A stretch of DNA of 64,000 bases from an uncultured Elusimicrobia bacterium (GCA_963702895.1 OY969767.1:1088001-1152000); one strand, 5' to 3'. Shown: positions 9,912-19,816, counted from the first letter of the stretch. Notes: a model not told the origin generated them from the sequence alone. Program-made: numbers and translations.

Positions 9912-11099
9912 TCAGGCATCGAACCAATCGCCCGGCGGCGCCGAGAAAAACTGTTCCAGCGGTATGCCGCCGGATCCGACGACAAGCGCCTTCGCCTTGG
10001 GAAATCGCTTTTGGAACGCCATCAACCCGCTGAGGCGGCCAGGGCGGCCGCTCTTGACTTCCAGGGCGAGCACGCGGCCGGCGCGTTCCAGCACGTAATC
10101 CACTTCCTGATCACCGTCCCGCCAATAATAGACCGGCTCGCCCGGGAGCTGATTCACAAGGTAGCCCCCCACCGCATTTTCGACAAGACGTCCCCAATGG
10201 TCCGCCGAGTTGCGCACGGTCTGGTACGCCAGCCCGGGCCATGACGTCAAGAGCGCGTTGTTCCAGGTGACCAGCTTGGGGCTTGCGGCCCGCTGCCGGG
10301 CGACCCCCCCGCTCCAGAGATTTAAGCCGCTGACCAGATAGGCCGATGACAAGAGCTCCAGGTAATGCGCCAGCGTCACCGTGTTGCCCGCGTCCTGCAG
10401 CTGTCCGAGCATTTTATTGTAGGACAGCATTTGTGCCGGATGGTGCGTCGCGAGCCGGTACAGCTGTCGCAGAAGGGCCGGTTTGGTGACGGGGCTCAGC
10501 TGCAGCACATCCCGCGAAATCACGGCCTCCACCAAGGAGCTGGAAATATAGCGCCGCCATCGCTCCGGCTCTCGGGCCAGCGGGGCAGCCCCGGGGTAGC
10601 CCCCGTAAAAGATCCAGTGATCGAGCGACCAGCGAAATGCCCGACGGCACTCCGGCCAGCTCCAGTGCGGACAGTAATGAAGTTCAAAGCGGCCGGCCAG
10701 GCTTTCCCGGGCGTGCTTCTGCACATGCAGCGATGCCGATCCCAAAATAATCGCGCGAACATCCGTGCGCTCGCGGCGATCCTGGTCAAAGCACGCCTTC
10801 ACGACCTCGGCCCAGCGCGGCACTTTCTGGACTTCGTCGAGCGCCAGGACGACGGTCTTGTTGCGGCTTTTCGAGAGTTGGCGGGCCGATTGCCACTGGG
10901 ATTGAATCCAGAAGGCATCGGGAGGCGCCGGCAGATCCGCGGAAGCATAGACGCTCGGCCCCCGCCATGCCTTGAGGACTTGTTCCACGGCCGTGGTCTT
11001 GCCAACCTGGCGGGGGCCGACGACGATCTGCACCCCATGGGGCGGCGACTTCAGCCTCCGGGCAAGCACCCCTACCAGATCCCTTTTCAGCAGAGCCAT
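9912..11099 (-). CDS. AAA ATPase (AAA_14/DUF4143 type) with C-terminal PD-(D/E)xK-like domain
   Basis: GPRQVGKTT, LDEVQK, GSAS, ESLAGR, GGYP, ENAV, EVDY...LEVKSG. Confidence 0.9.
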   Translation of the reverse strand: MALLKRDLVGVLARRLKSPPHGVQIVVGPRQVGKTTAVEQVLKAWRGPSVYASADLPAPPDAFWIQSQWQSARQLSKSRNKTVVLALDEVQKVPRWAEVVKACFDQDRRERTDVRAIILGSASLHVQKHARESLAGRFELHYCPHWSWPECRRAFRWSLDHWIFYGGYPGAAPLAREPERWRRYISSSLVEAVISRDVLQLSPVTKPALLRQLYRLATHHPAQMLSYNKMLGQLQDAGNTVTLAHYLELLSSAYLVSGLNLWSGGVARQRAASPKLVTWNNALLTSWPGLAYQTVRNSADHWGRLVENAVGGYLVNQLPGEPVYYWRDGDQEVDYVLERAGRVLALEVKSGRPGRLSGLMAFQKRFPKAKALVVGSGGIPLEQFFSAPPGDWFDA

Positions 11100-11105
11100 G
11101 CCGTC

Positions 11106-11134
11106 AGTGTAGCAGGCGGGGGAAGCCCGGTCAA
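11106..11134 (-). promoter_or_regulatory. Sigma70-type promoter of the AAA ATPase gene (leaderless geometry)
   Basis: TTGACC-17 nt-TACACT-6 nt-ATG on minus strand. Confidence 0.7.
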
Positions 11135-11141
11135 TATGATT

Positions 11142-11182
11142 TACTCAGTGCACTGAGTATTCTTGCTCAGTCGGCTGAGTAA
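11142..11182. promoter_or_regulatory. Tandem palindromic operator-like sites
   Basis: TACTCAGTGCACTGAGTA and TTGCTCAGTCGGCTGAGTAA with 22-bp centre spacing. Confidence 0.6.
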
Positions 11183-11320
11183 TGCTACTAAGGGCCTAAG
11201 TCAAACCATGGGCCTCTTGGCCCTGTATATTTGGTCTGCCGGCCCATTTATCCACCGTCGAAGAACCCTTAGAATTGAATATCTGTCGAACGCATGCGCG
11301 TGTCGCGTTCGGGGATATCT

Positions 11321-14300
11321 ATGCCTAAATGGATTGTACGCATCGTCGCTTTGCTTCTGGTTCCCTGCCTGGCCGGGGATGCGAGCTCCACACTACCGGC
11401 GCTCGCCCGCCCTGATGTGTGGCGGGCGTTATTCCCGGCCGGTGCCGCCACCTTTAAAGACTGGAAAGCGGCGCTGGTCGCAGATCCAGCTCTGGCATCC
11501 GCGTATGCCTCGTATCCCCAAATGTCACCCGACATCAGACCGCTGAGCCGAGCTAAGGAGGCAACGGACCCAGCCGTTTTTGAATCACAGGCCCTGATCC
11601 TCCCCCTCTGCGCCATGCTGCTCGTCGGCGCCGCCGGGAAACCGTTTCTCCATACCTACCGCGCGCTTTCTGGATACACGCAAGCGCTTGGATCGACGAA
11701 GCGCCGAGGCGGGCCAAGAGGTATTACTCGCAGAAAGAAACAGCCCGGCAGATTGACGCATCAACGGTCCCGCAGGTCGTCCGGTCACCATGCAATCGCA
11801 CAAAGGCCAGGAACGTCATTAACGCGTCCGGTCTATCGTATGGGAGTTCAAATACAACGAGTGATCTTTCCGATCGTCAAAGTCTTCGCTCTCGACGATC
11901 AAGGGGGCTGGCTGGAACGTACATTTGTGTTCCAGTATTCCAACCTCCATGAATTCAGAAAGACAAAACATCCAATGCCTCACTACTTGAACGTAGAGGA
12001 TGATCGAATAAAGGAAACCATTCGGTATCTCGCGGAGGCGATTGCGCCTGGTCTGATTAATACAGCAAATGGCTTTTCTCTGGGAGATCTGATTCGCAGC
12101 ACCACGCCCCTTGGCAGCGGCACGATCGAGATTTTCTTTTCCGTATCGATGGTCGATGAGGAATGGGTCATTCAACACGAGAGCCAACAACATATTGAAG
12201 GCCGTTTGGGAGAAGTGCTTCTACGCGCTTTCCACGATCTTCATCCCTCTCAAAACACGCCTCAGCCAGAATCTGGAACAGTTTGGTTCGAGGCATCTCC
12301 TGCTCCCGCTGCCGCGCCGGACAGTGCTGCATCTCATCGGCCAGCCCGTGGGGGTTCCTCGTTCGGTAAACCGCGCGACGAGCGTCACTATCCGTACGGA
12401 ATCGATGGACCCAATAGCCGCTGGTGGAACCGCTTTCCTTTGTCCCCTTCGCCAGTCCCCAGTCTGAGCCGGAGCGGCCGCCACGGCATGCCGGGCGTGC
12501 CGGCGCTCTCCCGCGGGAACAATGACGCTCAGAATGGGCCGAGACGGTCTCCCTCCGGAGCTAGAGATGCAGCGAGTCGGGCGACGAGTTCCTTCTTGGT
12601 GAGAAACGACCATCTTTTCTACGCGACGGACTACGATCCCCCTGCGCTGCGGGCTGATGTGCGATTAATTCGTCACGGGGAGACCCTTGGGCAAAAACGC
12701 AAGATATTCCAAGGGAACCGGGACAAAGCACAGAATCAATTGGGCGAGGAAGGCCATCGACAAAAGGTTAGCGCCGCAGCTCTCTTATTCCGAGATTTTG
12801 AAGACGTGCTGCGAACGTCGCCGGAGGATATCGTCATCATCGAGAGCCCCTTGGGTCGCGCCGTCGACACTCGCAAAGCGTTTACGGACTTGGTCGCTAA
12901 GCGTTTGAAACGTTCACTCACCGTGGAGACACTGGACTTGGCTCGCGAAATCGATTTTGGCCGGTGGGACGGCCTCAGCGAAGAGGAAATTCTCAAGAAG
13001 TGGGGCCTGGACGAATTGGAGCGTGCGAAACGCTATCGTTACGAGGTTGACCCGACGGTTGTCTCGGAGGGTGGAACGTCTTACCTGGATTTCTTGACCC
13101 ACCAGGCAAGCGATCTGTTGACGTACATTAACGAGAAACACGCGGGCAAAACGGTGCTCCTCTTCGCCCATGGAACATTGGGAAGCGCTCTGAGCGTATT
13201 GCTGTCATACCCCGAAGTGGTCACAAAAGAAGGTCACATTGACTGGCGGGCAATGAATATTCCAAACGCCGTGCCCTTTCAATTGCAGCGCTATTCGCGA
13301 CCCGCCGCGGATTCGGCTACGCCCACCGCGGGCCAGCCCGCTAGCCCTGAGCGGTTCGGCAGGCTCACCGCAAGCGAGCTCGCCCTGAGCGAAGTCGAAG
13401 GGAGTCGAAGGGCCGCCGCGCCGGATACGGCGGACACGGAGACAACAGAAACACCGACACGGGGACGCGGAGAAACACCCATTGAAGTTTCCCCGCGTCA
13501 CCCCGTCGCCGCGTCTGCGCGTCCGACGTCCGATCCCGCCGCCGCGTCAACGGATCCTGACAGTATCGGATCCACAGACGCCAATAAGGATCATCGACAT
13601 CACCCACCCATCGGCAATAACCCGCACGATGTCCCCGCCGCACAGTTCCCTGTTCGACCCGCTTGGGTCTATGAGCCTTCGGTTCCACAGGAAATGAGGT
13701 CTGAATTGGAGGATATGCTCCTAAAAGGACCTCATCTGCGATCGGTTCTGGAACGCGCTGCAGATAAGACGCGGCACCCGGTCACAATTGCATTTCAAGC
13801 CTATATGAACATTGCGGCCAGAATGGGATATACCCCCGAAATGGGATATTCCATTATGTTTTCTCAGGAATGGTTGGACGATAATGAACCAAACGCATTG
13901 GGCGCTCTTGAACATGAAGTAGCACACATCGGGGTCTATGTCGACGGCATCGCTAACCTGGAGGATGACCGAACTTTTCAGACGAGTATGAGAACCCGTC
14001 CTCGCAATGATTTCTCCCATTCCGTATTGCAAGCGCTCTCCGATTTTATTGCAGTTTGCTATCAGCTCGAGCTAAATTGGGTATCGGCCGCCAGTTATAT
14101 CCTGGACGTGGTCGTCGCGCTGAATCAAAAGAGTCATGCTCGGTGGGTCAACATGGCGCCCGGGGAACAGACGCGACAGGCTGCTTTCCAATATGCACTG
14201 CACTATCTACGGAGTTTTATGGCTTTTGATCATGAGAACAGGGGCGTTGATCCTGCGACTCGCGAAACCTTTACATTGGCCTTCAAAGACATTTTAACAA

Positions 14301-17300
14301 CCGAGGAAATGACAGTAATCCGTGAAGCGCTCAACGAATCACTGAGGGGCATTCCCCTCACCCATTTGACTCATGCAGACTTTTTTGATGCGTTATGCAA
14401 TAAACTCTACACGCTCGTAGGCTCACTTGCTAAACATTCTCGCGCTGCCGCGCCGGGCACAGCCGACACGGAGACACGGGGACCCCCCGCCACTGAGGCA
14501 TTGGCGGGTCCGCCAAGAAGTAGTGGCGGAGGAGACACGGGGAATCAAGGAGCAAGCGATGGCCCCTCCGCTTTTGACGTTTCCCCGCGTCCCCCCCTCC
14601 CCGCGTCCCCGCGTCCGACGCCCAAACCCGCCGCCGCGCCGCCGACAGTCGAACCGGCGAATGGGCGAGCCGGCGATCTGGCGAAAGACCCGCCAAATGG
14701 TTCGCCGACACACCCCGTCGCCAAGTCGCTGACTCGACCGTCCGATCCCGCGTCGGGTTCGACTTCGCTCACCACAGGCCCTGAGCGAGCGGGAGCGAGT
14801 CGAAGGGCTCCCGCGCTGGAAAGTGCTGATGTGAGAAATGGTTCAGAAGAATTGGACATTCTAAGCCCAACAATCGACGCTTTGGTCAATCAATTGTGGA
14901 AAAGCATTTCACTCAATGACGCTGTGGGAAGATCACAAGCGCGGCGAGAATTGGAAGCCCTTGGGTTTAGTGTTCAAATTGGATTTTCACGTGAAATGCA
15001 TCCATATTCTGATCCACAACATATTGAAGCGCTTACGATTTATCAGACGTTAACGAAAATGGCGACTCCTGAGCAGCTCCGCTCCATCCGAGACGTTCTT
15101 TCGCATGGGATGCAAAATATCGCCAAATGGGGAGGTGGCAGAGGATTTTTATTAATGCGGCTGAATACCGAAGCAAGGGCCTTTCAAATTGTGATGGGAG
15201 ATTCTGGATTGGGAATCACATATGGCGAGGGGCCTCTGAAAGGCAGCCACGCACCGATTCATGAGGCGGTAAAACTCGGACAATCGTTCGCTGCTGGAAG
15301 CGATGGGGGAAAAGGGCTGGCTTATATGGTGATCGATCTCGACGACGTCTCTGTCACTAGCATCACCCCTGAAGACGGAGTTGCCCGCGGCCATTGGTGG
15401 AGAAAAGGATGGCAACGAGAACGCAGATTGAAGAGTAATCAAAACTTACCCTCACAGGGATTAAAGATTGTTGGCCAAAAACTTCTTGGCCCCGCCGCCG
15501 CGCCCGCCACTACACCGTTGGCGGGCAAGCCGGGCGCAGCCGACACGGGGATCGATTCACCGCGTCCCCGCGTCCCCCCTACTCCGCGTCATGATCTCTC
15601 CGCGTCACCGCGTCACCACGTCGCCGCGTCTGACTCTGTCACGGAGCCCGCCGCCGCGCCGGAACGCTTGCCCTCCCAGTTGAAAGGGAAATGGGCGTGG
15701 TTGTCGAATGCCTGGGGGGAAGCGTTCCATTGGCTCCTGGCTCCGGCGTTTGGGTTTCAAGACGCCCGGATGGTCTGGCAGAAGGACCAGGCTCCTTACG
15801 TGCATGTCCCCGGCTTGCCGGCCCGCGGCGTCCGGGCGTTTCTAATGGCGGCCGTGCATCCGCTGATCAATCTTTTCTGGACCCTTTTCCCCTGGCTCAT
15901 TTGGGACCAGCTGGCGGGTCTTCCTCAAGGCCCTCCGGCCCAGATCCTGATCACCGCGCTGATTCTTCACGCCGTCCTCAACGCCTACGGTTTTCTGGGC
16001 AACCTGATCAGCTCCTACGTTTCCCTGGTCCCATTGACTTTCTATGAGTATGACCGCGCCTCCGACCACCGCTTGATCGCCCGGCCCCGTTTCTCTATTT
16101 CCGTTCCGCGGTGGGAGGTTAAAGCCAACTCGGACTGGAACCGGATGGTTTACACGCTTTCGCTTGGGCGTCTTGGCCGCAAACCGGAGGGGGATGACCT
16201 TCATTCCGAACTGCCGCGGGGCGCCACCCCGGAAGACCGCGCCGCGTCGCCGCGTCGCCGCGTCCCCGCGTCTGCGCGTCCGCCGTCCTATCCTGCCTCG
16301 ACACCTCTTTCGTTCAAGCAGAAACAAGCTTTCATTCTCGCTCACGAGGACCGTCTTGGGGACCTCAAAAACCCTCGCCATAAGCGCGTCTTGCGCAGAT
16401 ATTTCCTGGAAGGAAAGACGCAGGAGGTCTTGGCAGCCGAATTGGGTCAAGGCCAGAGCTCAGTGTCTTCATTAATAGCACGGGCTTTCCGAGCGCTTCT
16501 TGATTGGGTGTATCCCGATGAAGCGTCAGACCTCAAATTTGTGCGTGATCACGAAGACCGCCTTAGGGAACTCAACAACCCTCGCTATGAGAGCATTTTG
16601 CGCGGGTATTTCCTGGAAGGAAAGACTCACGAGGTCTTGGCAGCTGAATTGGGTATCTCCGTTCGCTCAGTCTCTGACTCAAAAAGAACAGCCATCCGAG
16701 TTTTTCGTGATAAGGTGAACCCTGATGAAGCGTCAGACCGCAAATTTGTGATCGACCACGAGGGCCTGCTTGGGCAGCTCGCTCCTTCCCAAGTGCGCGC
16801 ATTGACCGGGTATTTCCTGGAAGGTAAGACCCTGCCAGAATTGGCGCACGCTTACGGCATCACAAAACAGGCGGTGGCCGAAGCAAAAGACCTCGGCTTG
16901 AGACAACTGCGAAGATGGGTTAAAACTCATGAGTCGCTTCTCCAGGCGCTCGTCGAGATGGATGGGTTGGTCACAGTCACGCGTATCAGCCGCCAGGTCG
17001 GGGTGACTGCGCTGAGGGTCAATTCTCATGGGGGTGTCACGGGACTGGTCGCTGAAGCGGCACCGCTGCGCGCGCTAGCGAGGCTGGAAGCGGGTCCCCT
17101 TTTCACAACGAGGCCGAAAAGAGACCTCAGTCTTCGGGACAAGGGAATGACGCGACACCGGCAGGCGACGGGATTGCCGCCGCCGGCGAAGGAACAAACC
17201 AAAGGGAATTCCTTCCAGGAATCTGTGAATGCCCGATTCAAATCGGGAACGAAGTCTGAATTGACGGAATTCCTGGGAAGCTTAACGTCTGATCAACGGA

Positions 17301-19171
17301 ATCGATTAACGGATGTTCAGCGCCGTTTGCTTCTTTTTGTCTGGCTTTTCATCGATGACCCTATGGGCGGAGACCATTACGGAAAAATTGGTGAAAAGCT
17401 AATTGATTTCCCGATGCAAACATGGATTCTCGGGGACCAATCCGAGCGCCAATCTGATCCGTGGATTGCCATGACCGGGGTGGCAAAAACTCTGCAATCT
17501 TTCATCTATGAGCTAAGCTTTCACTGGCAGCGTGGGATCCCCTGGCGCCGAAAAACGATGATTGATGCTTTACAAGGTCCCACCACGGACTTGCTGGGCG
17601 CCGATACATACCAACGATTGGCCGTCTTAGCGAGGGAGCGTCGCTATCCAAAGAAGGGAAATCGCAGCACCCGTTTGGCCGGGATAGACTCCGATGACAG
17701 GATTGTTGATAGCATCGGTGGCATGGACTGGGCCAGGGGTGAATGGTTCAGCAAATACATTGACACGCCGTATTATGATGCTTATGCAGGTCTTATTCTC
17801 GCCCCTACCGCTGCGTCGAATGATCCGACAAAAATAAATCCAGCCCAGACCCCGCTAGCGCGCGCCCTCTGGTTGAAAATCGCCGGGAAAAGCGCGACCA
17901 ACACCCGGGCGGAATCCTGGTTTACGGCGGTCCTCGAATGGCTTCCCTGGCTGGCGCTGGTGGGGGCAGCGGCGCTCCAAGCCCTGCATTCGCCGAGTGG
18001 TTATTCCTGGCTGCTGATCCCGGTCAGCGCTTCGATCGCGATGATCTTTTTATACGCCCTGCACGCGTGGGTCCCCCGGTGGGCCCCGCCAGGCGTTGAA
18101 CGCGTAAAAGTCGGGCGCGAAACATGGCCCCTGGCGGCCGGCTTGTTTGCTGTGGACGTCTTGGCGGGCTTCTCGGTGGCTTGGGGCGTGGGGTTGGCGG
18201 CGGTGCCACTCGTTCTGCTGGGGTGGTTCCTTCACGCCAGGCACGACCGGCGAATCTTCAATCAACGGACGACAGGCGACCGCGATTTTGGAAAAACGGG
18301 ATTGAGATTCTTTGTCCTTGGCCTTGGAACGATCTGGCTTGGACGGCGGTGGCCGCCCGGTAACGCCAGCTATTCAGATCCTTCCGAAGAGGAAATCGAT
18401 AAACATCTTGAAGAAGCGTTCGTCTCGATGGGGAACAAGGACGGTGTCGTCATGCTGGATACCGCGGCCGCCTACGGCCGATCGGAGGAGCGCCTCGGGC
18501 GCTTCTTGCTAAAACGTCCCGATCTGGCGCGACGCGCTTTTATCGCCACGAAGTGGGGTGAGGAGTTTGATCCAGTGACGAACCGATCGTGGAAGGATTT
18601 CTCGGTTCAAAATCTGAGGGCCTCTTTCAAGCGGAGCCAGGATCACCTTGGCAAAGTGGACCTGCTTTACATCCACATGTCCACGGACGCCTCCGCGGAT
18701 GTCCTGCGCGACGAGGCTGTGCGGCAGGAGATGGAACGTATGAAAATCGATGGGGAGGTGCGGCTCATCGGCGCATCGATCTCCAATGAAGCGATCCTGG
18801 CCGAGGCTATAGAACAAGGCTCACTGAATGGCTTCGATGTGATCCAGATGCCGGCCCCTCTCTTTTTGAAGCGGCCCGCTTTGGCTTCGGCCTTACACCA
18901 ACGTGGCTTCGCCGTTGTTCTTAATTCCCCTGTCCGCAAAGCGGACAATCAGAATCCCGAAAACGCAATCCGTGAATTGGCCAACCGGCCCGAGGTTTCC
19001 ATGATTCTCACGGGGACCCGGATGCACCTGGGAGAAACGGTGAGCTACCTGGGCACACCTCCCAGCGCGCCCAAAGGAAGGCTTCCGCTTTGGCGGCAAT
19101 GGAAAAACTGGCTGTTTGCGCCGGCGGATAAAAACGCTCGCTTCTCTCATCGGGTCCGGGCTGCCGCGTAA
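11321..19171 (+). CDS. Giant mosaic multidomain protein (signal-like leader; histidine phosphatase; HExxH domain; GHKL ATPase-like; TM blocks; 3x sigma70 region-4-like HTH; aldo-keto reductase)
   Basis: Uninterrupted ~7.85-kb ORF; GGGGA before ATG 11321; motifs RHGET/SPLGRA/EIDFG/AHG, LEHEVAH, N..K + DSGLGI + GKGL, repeated YFLEGKT..LA.ELG, GLGT/DTAAAYG.SE/ATK/DLLYIH. Confidence 0.85.
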   Translation: MPKWIVRIVALLLVPCLAGDASSTLPALARPDVWRALFPAGAATFKDWKAALVADPALASAYASYPQMSPDIRPLSRAKEATDPAVFESQALILPLCAMLLVGAAGKPFLHTYRALSGYTQALGSTKRRGGPRGITRRKKQPGRLTHQRSRRSSGHHAIAQRPGTSLTRPVYRMGVQIQRVIFPIVKVFALDDQGGWLERTFVFQYSNLHEFRKTKHPMPHYLNVEDDRIKETIRYLAEAIAPGLINTANGFSLGDLIRSTTPLGSGTIEIFFSVSMVDEEWVIQHESQQHIEGRLGEVLLRAFHDLHPSQNTPQPESGTVWFEASPAPAAAPDSAASHRPARGGSSFGKPRDERHYPYGIDGPNSRWWNRFPLSPSPVPSLSRSGRHGMPGVPALSRGNNDAQNGPRRSPSGARDAASRATSSFLVRNDHLFYATDYDPPALRADVRLIRHGETLGQKRKIFQGNRDKAQNQLGEEGHRQKVSAAALLFRDFEDVLRTSPEDIVIIESPLGRAVDTRKAFTDLVAKRLKRSLTVETLDLAREIDFGRWDGLSEEEILKKWGLDELERAKRYRYEVDPTVVSEGGTSYLDFLTHQASDLLTYINEKHAGKTVLLFAHGTLGSALSVLLSYPEVVTKEGHIDWRAMNIPNAVPFQLQRYSRPAADSATPTAGQPASPERFGRLTASELALSEVEGSRRAAAPDTADTETTETPTRGRGETPIEVSPRHPVAASARPTSDPAAASTDPDSIGSTDANKDHRHHPPIGNNPHDVPAAQFPVRPAWVYEPSVPQEMRSELEDMLLKGPHLRSVLERAADKTRHPVTIAFQAYMNIAARMGYTPEMGYSIMFSQEWLDDNEPNALGALEHEVAHIGVYVDGIANLEDDRTFQTSMRTRPRNDFSHSVLQALSDFIAVCYQLELNWVSAASYILDVVVALNQKSHARWVNMAPGEQTRQAAFQYALHYLRSFMAFDHENRGVDPATRETFTLAFKDILTTEEMTVIREALNESLRGIPLTHLTHADFFDALCNKLYTLVGSLAKHSRAAAPGTADTETRGPPATEALAGPPRSSGGGDTGNQGASDGPSAFDVSPRPPLPASPRPTPKPAAAPPTVEPANGRAGDLAKDPPNGSPTHPVAKSLTRPSDPASGSTSLTTGPERAGASRRAPALESADVRNGSEELDILSPTIDALVNQLWKSISLNDAVGRSQARRELEALGFSVQIGFSREMHPYSDPQHIEALTIYQTLTKMATPEQLRSIRDVLSHGMQNIAKWGGGRGFLLMRLNTEARAFQIVMGDSGLGITYGEGPLKGSHAPIHEAVKLGQSFAAGSDGGKGLAYMVIDLDDVSVTSITPEDGVARGHWWRKGWQRERRLKSNQNLPSQGLKIVGQKLLGPAAAPATTPLAGKPGAADTGIDSPRPRVPPTPRHDLSASPRHHVAASDSVTEPAAAPERLPSQLKGKWAWLSNAWGEAFHWLLAPAFGFQDARMVWQKDQAPYVHVPGLPARGVRAFLMAAVHPLINLFWTLFPWLIWDQLAGLPQGPPAQILITALILHAVLNAYGFLGNLISSYVSLVPLTFYEYDRASDHRLIARPRFSISVPRWEVKANSDWNRMVYTLSLGRLGRKPEGDDLHSELPRGATPEDRAASPRRRVPASARPPSYPASTPLSFKQKQAFILAHEDRLGDLKNPRHKRVLRRYFLEGKTQEVLAAELGQGQSSVSSLIARAFRALLDWVYPDEASDLKFVRDHEDRLRELNNPRYESILRGYFLEGKTHEVLAAELGISVRSVSDSKRTAIRVFRDKVNPDEASDRKFVIDHEGLLGQLAPSQVRALTGYFLEGKTLPELAHAYGITKQAVAEAKDLGLRQLRRWVKTHESLLQALVEMDGLVTVTRISRQVGVTALRVNSHGGVTGLVAEAAPLRALARLEAGPLFTTRPKRDLSLRDKGMTRHRQATGLPPPAKEQTKGNSFQESVNARFKSGTKSELTEFLGSLTSDQRNRLTDVQRRLLLFVWLFIDDPMGGDHYGKIGEKLIDFPMQTWILGDQSERQSDPWIAMTGVAKTLQSFIYELSFHWQRGIPWRRKTMIDALQGPTTDLLGADTYQRLAVLARERRYPKKGNRSTRLAGIDSDDRIVDSIGGMDWARGEWFSKYIDTPYYDAYAGLILAPTAASNDPTKINPAQTPLARALWLKIAGKSATNTRAESWFTAVLEWLPWLALVGAAALQALHSPSGYSWLLIPVSASIAMIFLYALHAWVPRWAPPGVERVKVGRETWPLAAGLFAVDVLAGFSVAWGVGLAAVPLVLLGWFLHARHDRRIFNQRTTGDRDFGKTGLRFFVLGLGTIWLGRRWPPGNASYSDPSEEEIDKHLEEAFVSMGNKDGVVMLDTAAAYGRSEERLGRFLLKRPDLARRAFIATKWGEEFDPVTNRSWKDFSVQNLRASFKRSQDHLGKVDLLYIHMSTDASADVLRDEAVRQEMERMKIDGEVRLIGASISNEAILAEAIEQGSLNGFDVIQMPAPLFLKRPALASALHQRGFAVVLNSPVRKADNQNPENAIRELANRPEVSMILTGTRMHLGETVSYLGTPPSAPKGRLPLWRQWKNWLFAPADKNARFSHRVRAAA

Positions 19172-19229
19172 TATCCCCCTCTGAAGCTGATTCAAATCTC
19201 AAATGGAGTGATCCTTTGAAGCAGATCCA

Positions 19230-19293
19230 GTGATTAGGCAGGTTCTCCTTGAAAAATTAAGCAGGTTGGCTGAGAGATTAGGTAGGCTCCTCC
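19230..19293. repeat. Tandem ~21-bp repeat array 1 (3 units)
   Basis: GATTAGGCAGGTT / AATTAAGCAGGTT / GATTAGGTAGGCT at 19232, 19255, 19276. Confidence 0.75.
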
Positions 19294-19303
19294 CAGAGAA
19301 GCG

Positions 19304-19816
19304 CTATTCATGCTTGAAGCCTTTGATCCGTAATGGGGCATCCGCCGGCTTTGCCATCAGCCCACGGATCGCGTCGAAGACCACTTTAAATTGCGCGTCG
19401 TATTTGTTTTCCAGCTCATGCAGCTTGCGGGCCAAGTCTTTGTGAGTGGCCAACATCTCTCTGATCCTTACAAAGGCATCCACAACCGCGAGGCTTGCTT
19501 TCACGGCGGTCTCACTATTGAGAACGCAAGCCAGCATGATCGCGCCATGCTCCGTGAAAACAAGGGGCAAATAACGTCGCCCTCCGTGGGCCATTCTTGA
19601 GGTCGCATTTTGCGACCTCAAGCGGCGCGCTTCCCCTTCGGCAAGCTGGAACATATATCGAGGCGGGAACCGGATTCGATTTCGCTTCACCTGTTCATTC
19701 AAACGTTTGGTCGTTACTCCATAGAGTTCCGCCAGATCTTCGTCCAGCATCACTTTATATCCACGAATCAGATAAATATACTGCTCAATCTTGATGCTCG
19801 GTACAGGTTTATTCAT
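19304..19816 (-). CDS. ORF6N (KilA-N-like) DNA-binding domain protein
   Basis: IRG.KVMLD.DLAELYGV.TK.LNEQVKRN..RFP, FTEHGA.MLA.VLNS; GGAGGAG SD before ATG 19816. Confidence 0.9.
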   Translation of the reverse strand: MNKPVPSIKIEQYIYLIRGYKVMLDEDLAELYGVTTKRLNEQVKRNRIRFPPRYMFQLAEGEARRLRSQNATSRMAHGGRRYLPLVFTEHGAIMLACVLNSETAVKASLAVVDAFVRIREMLATHKDLARKLHELENKYDAQFKVVFDAIRGLMAKPADAPLRIKGFKHE

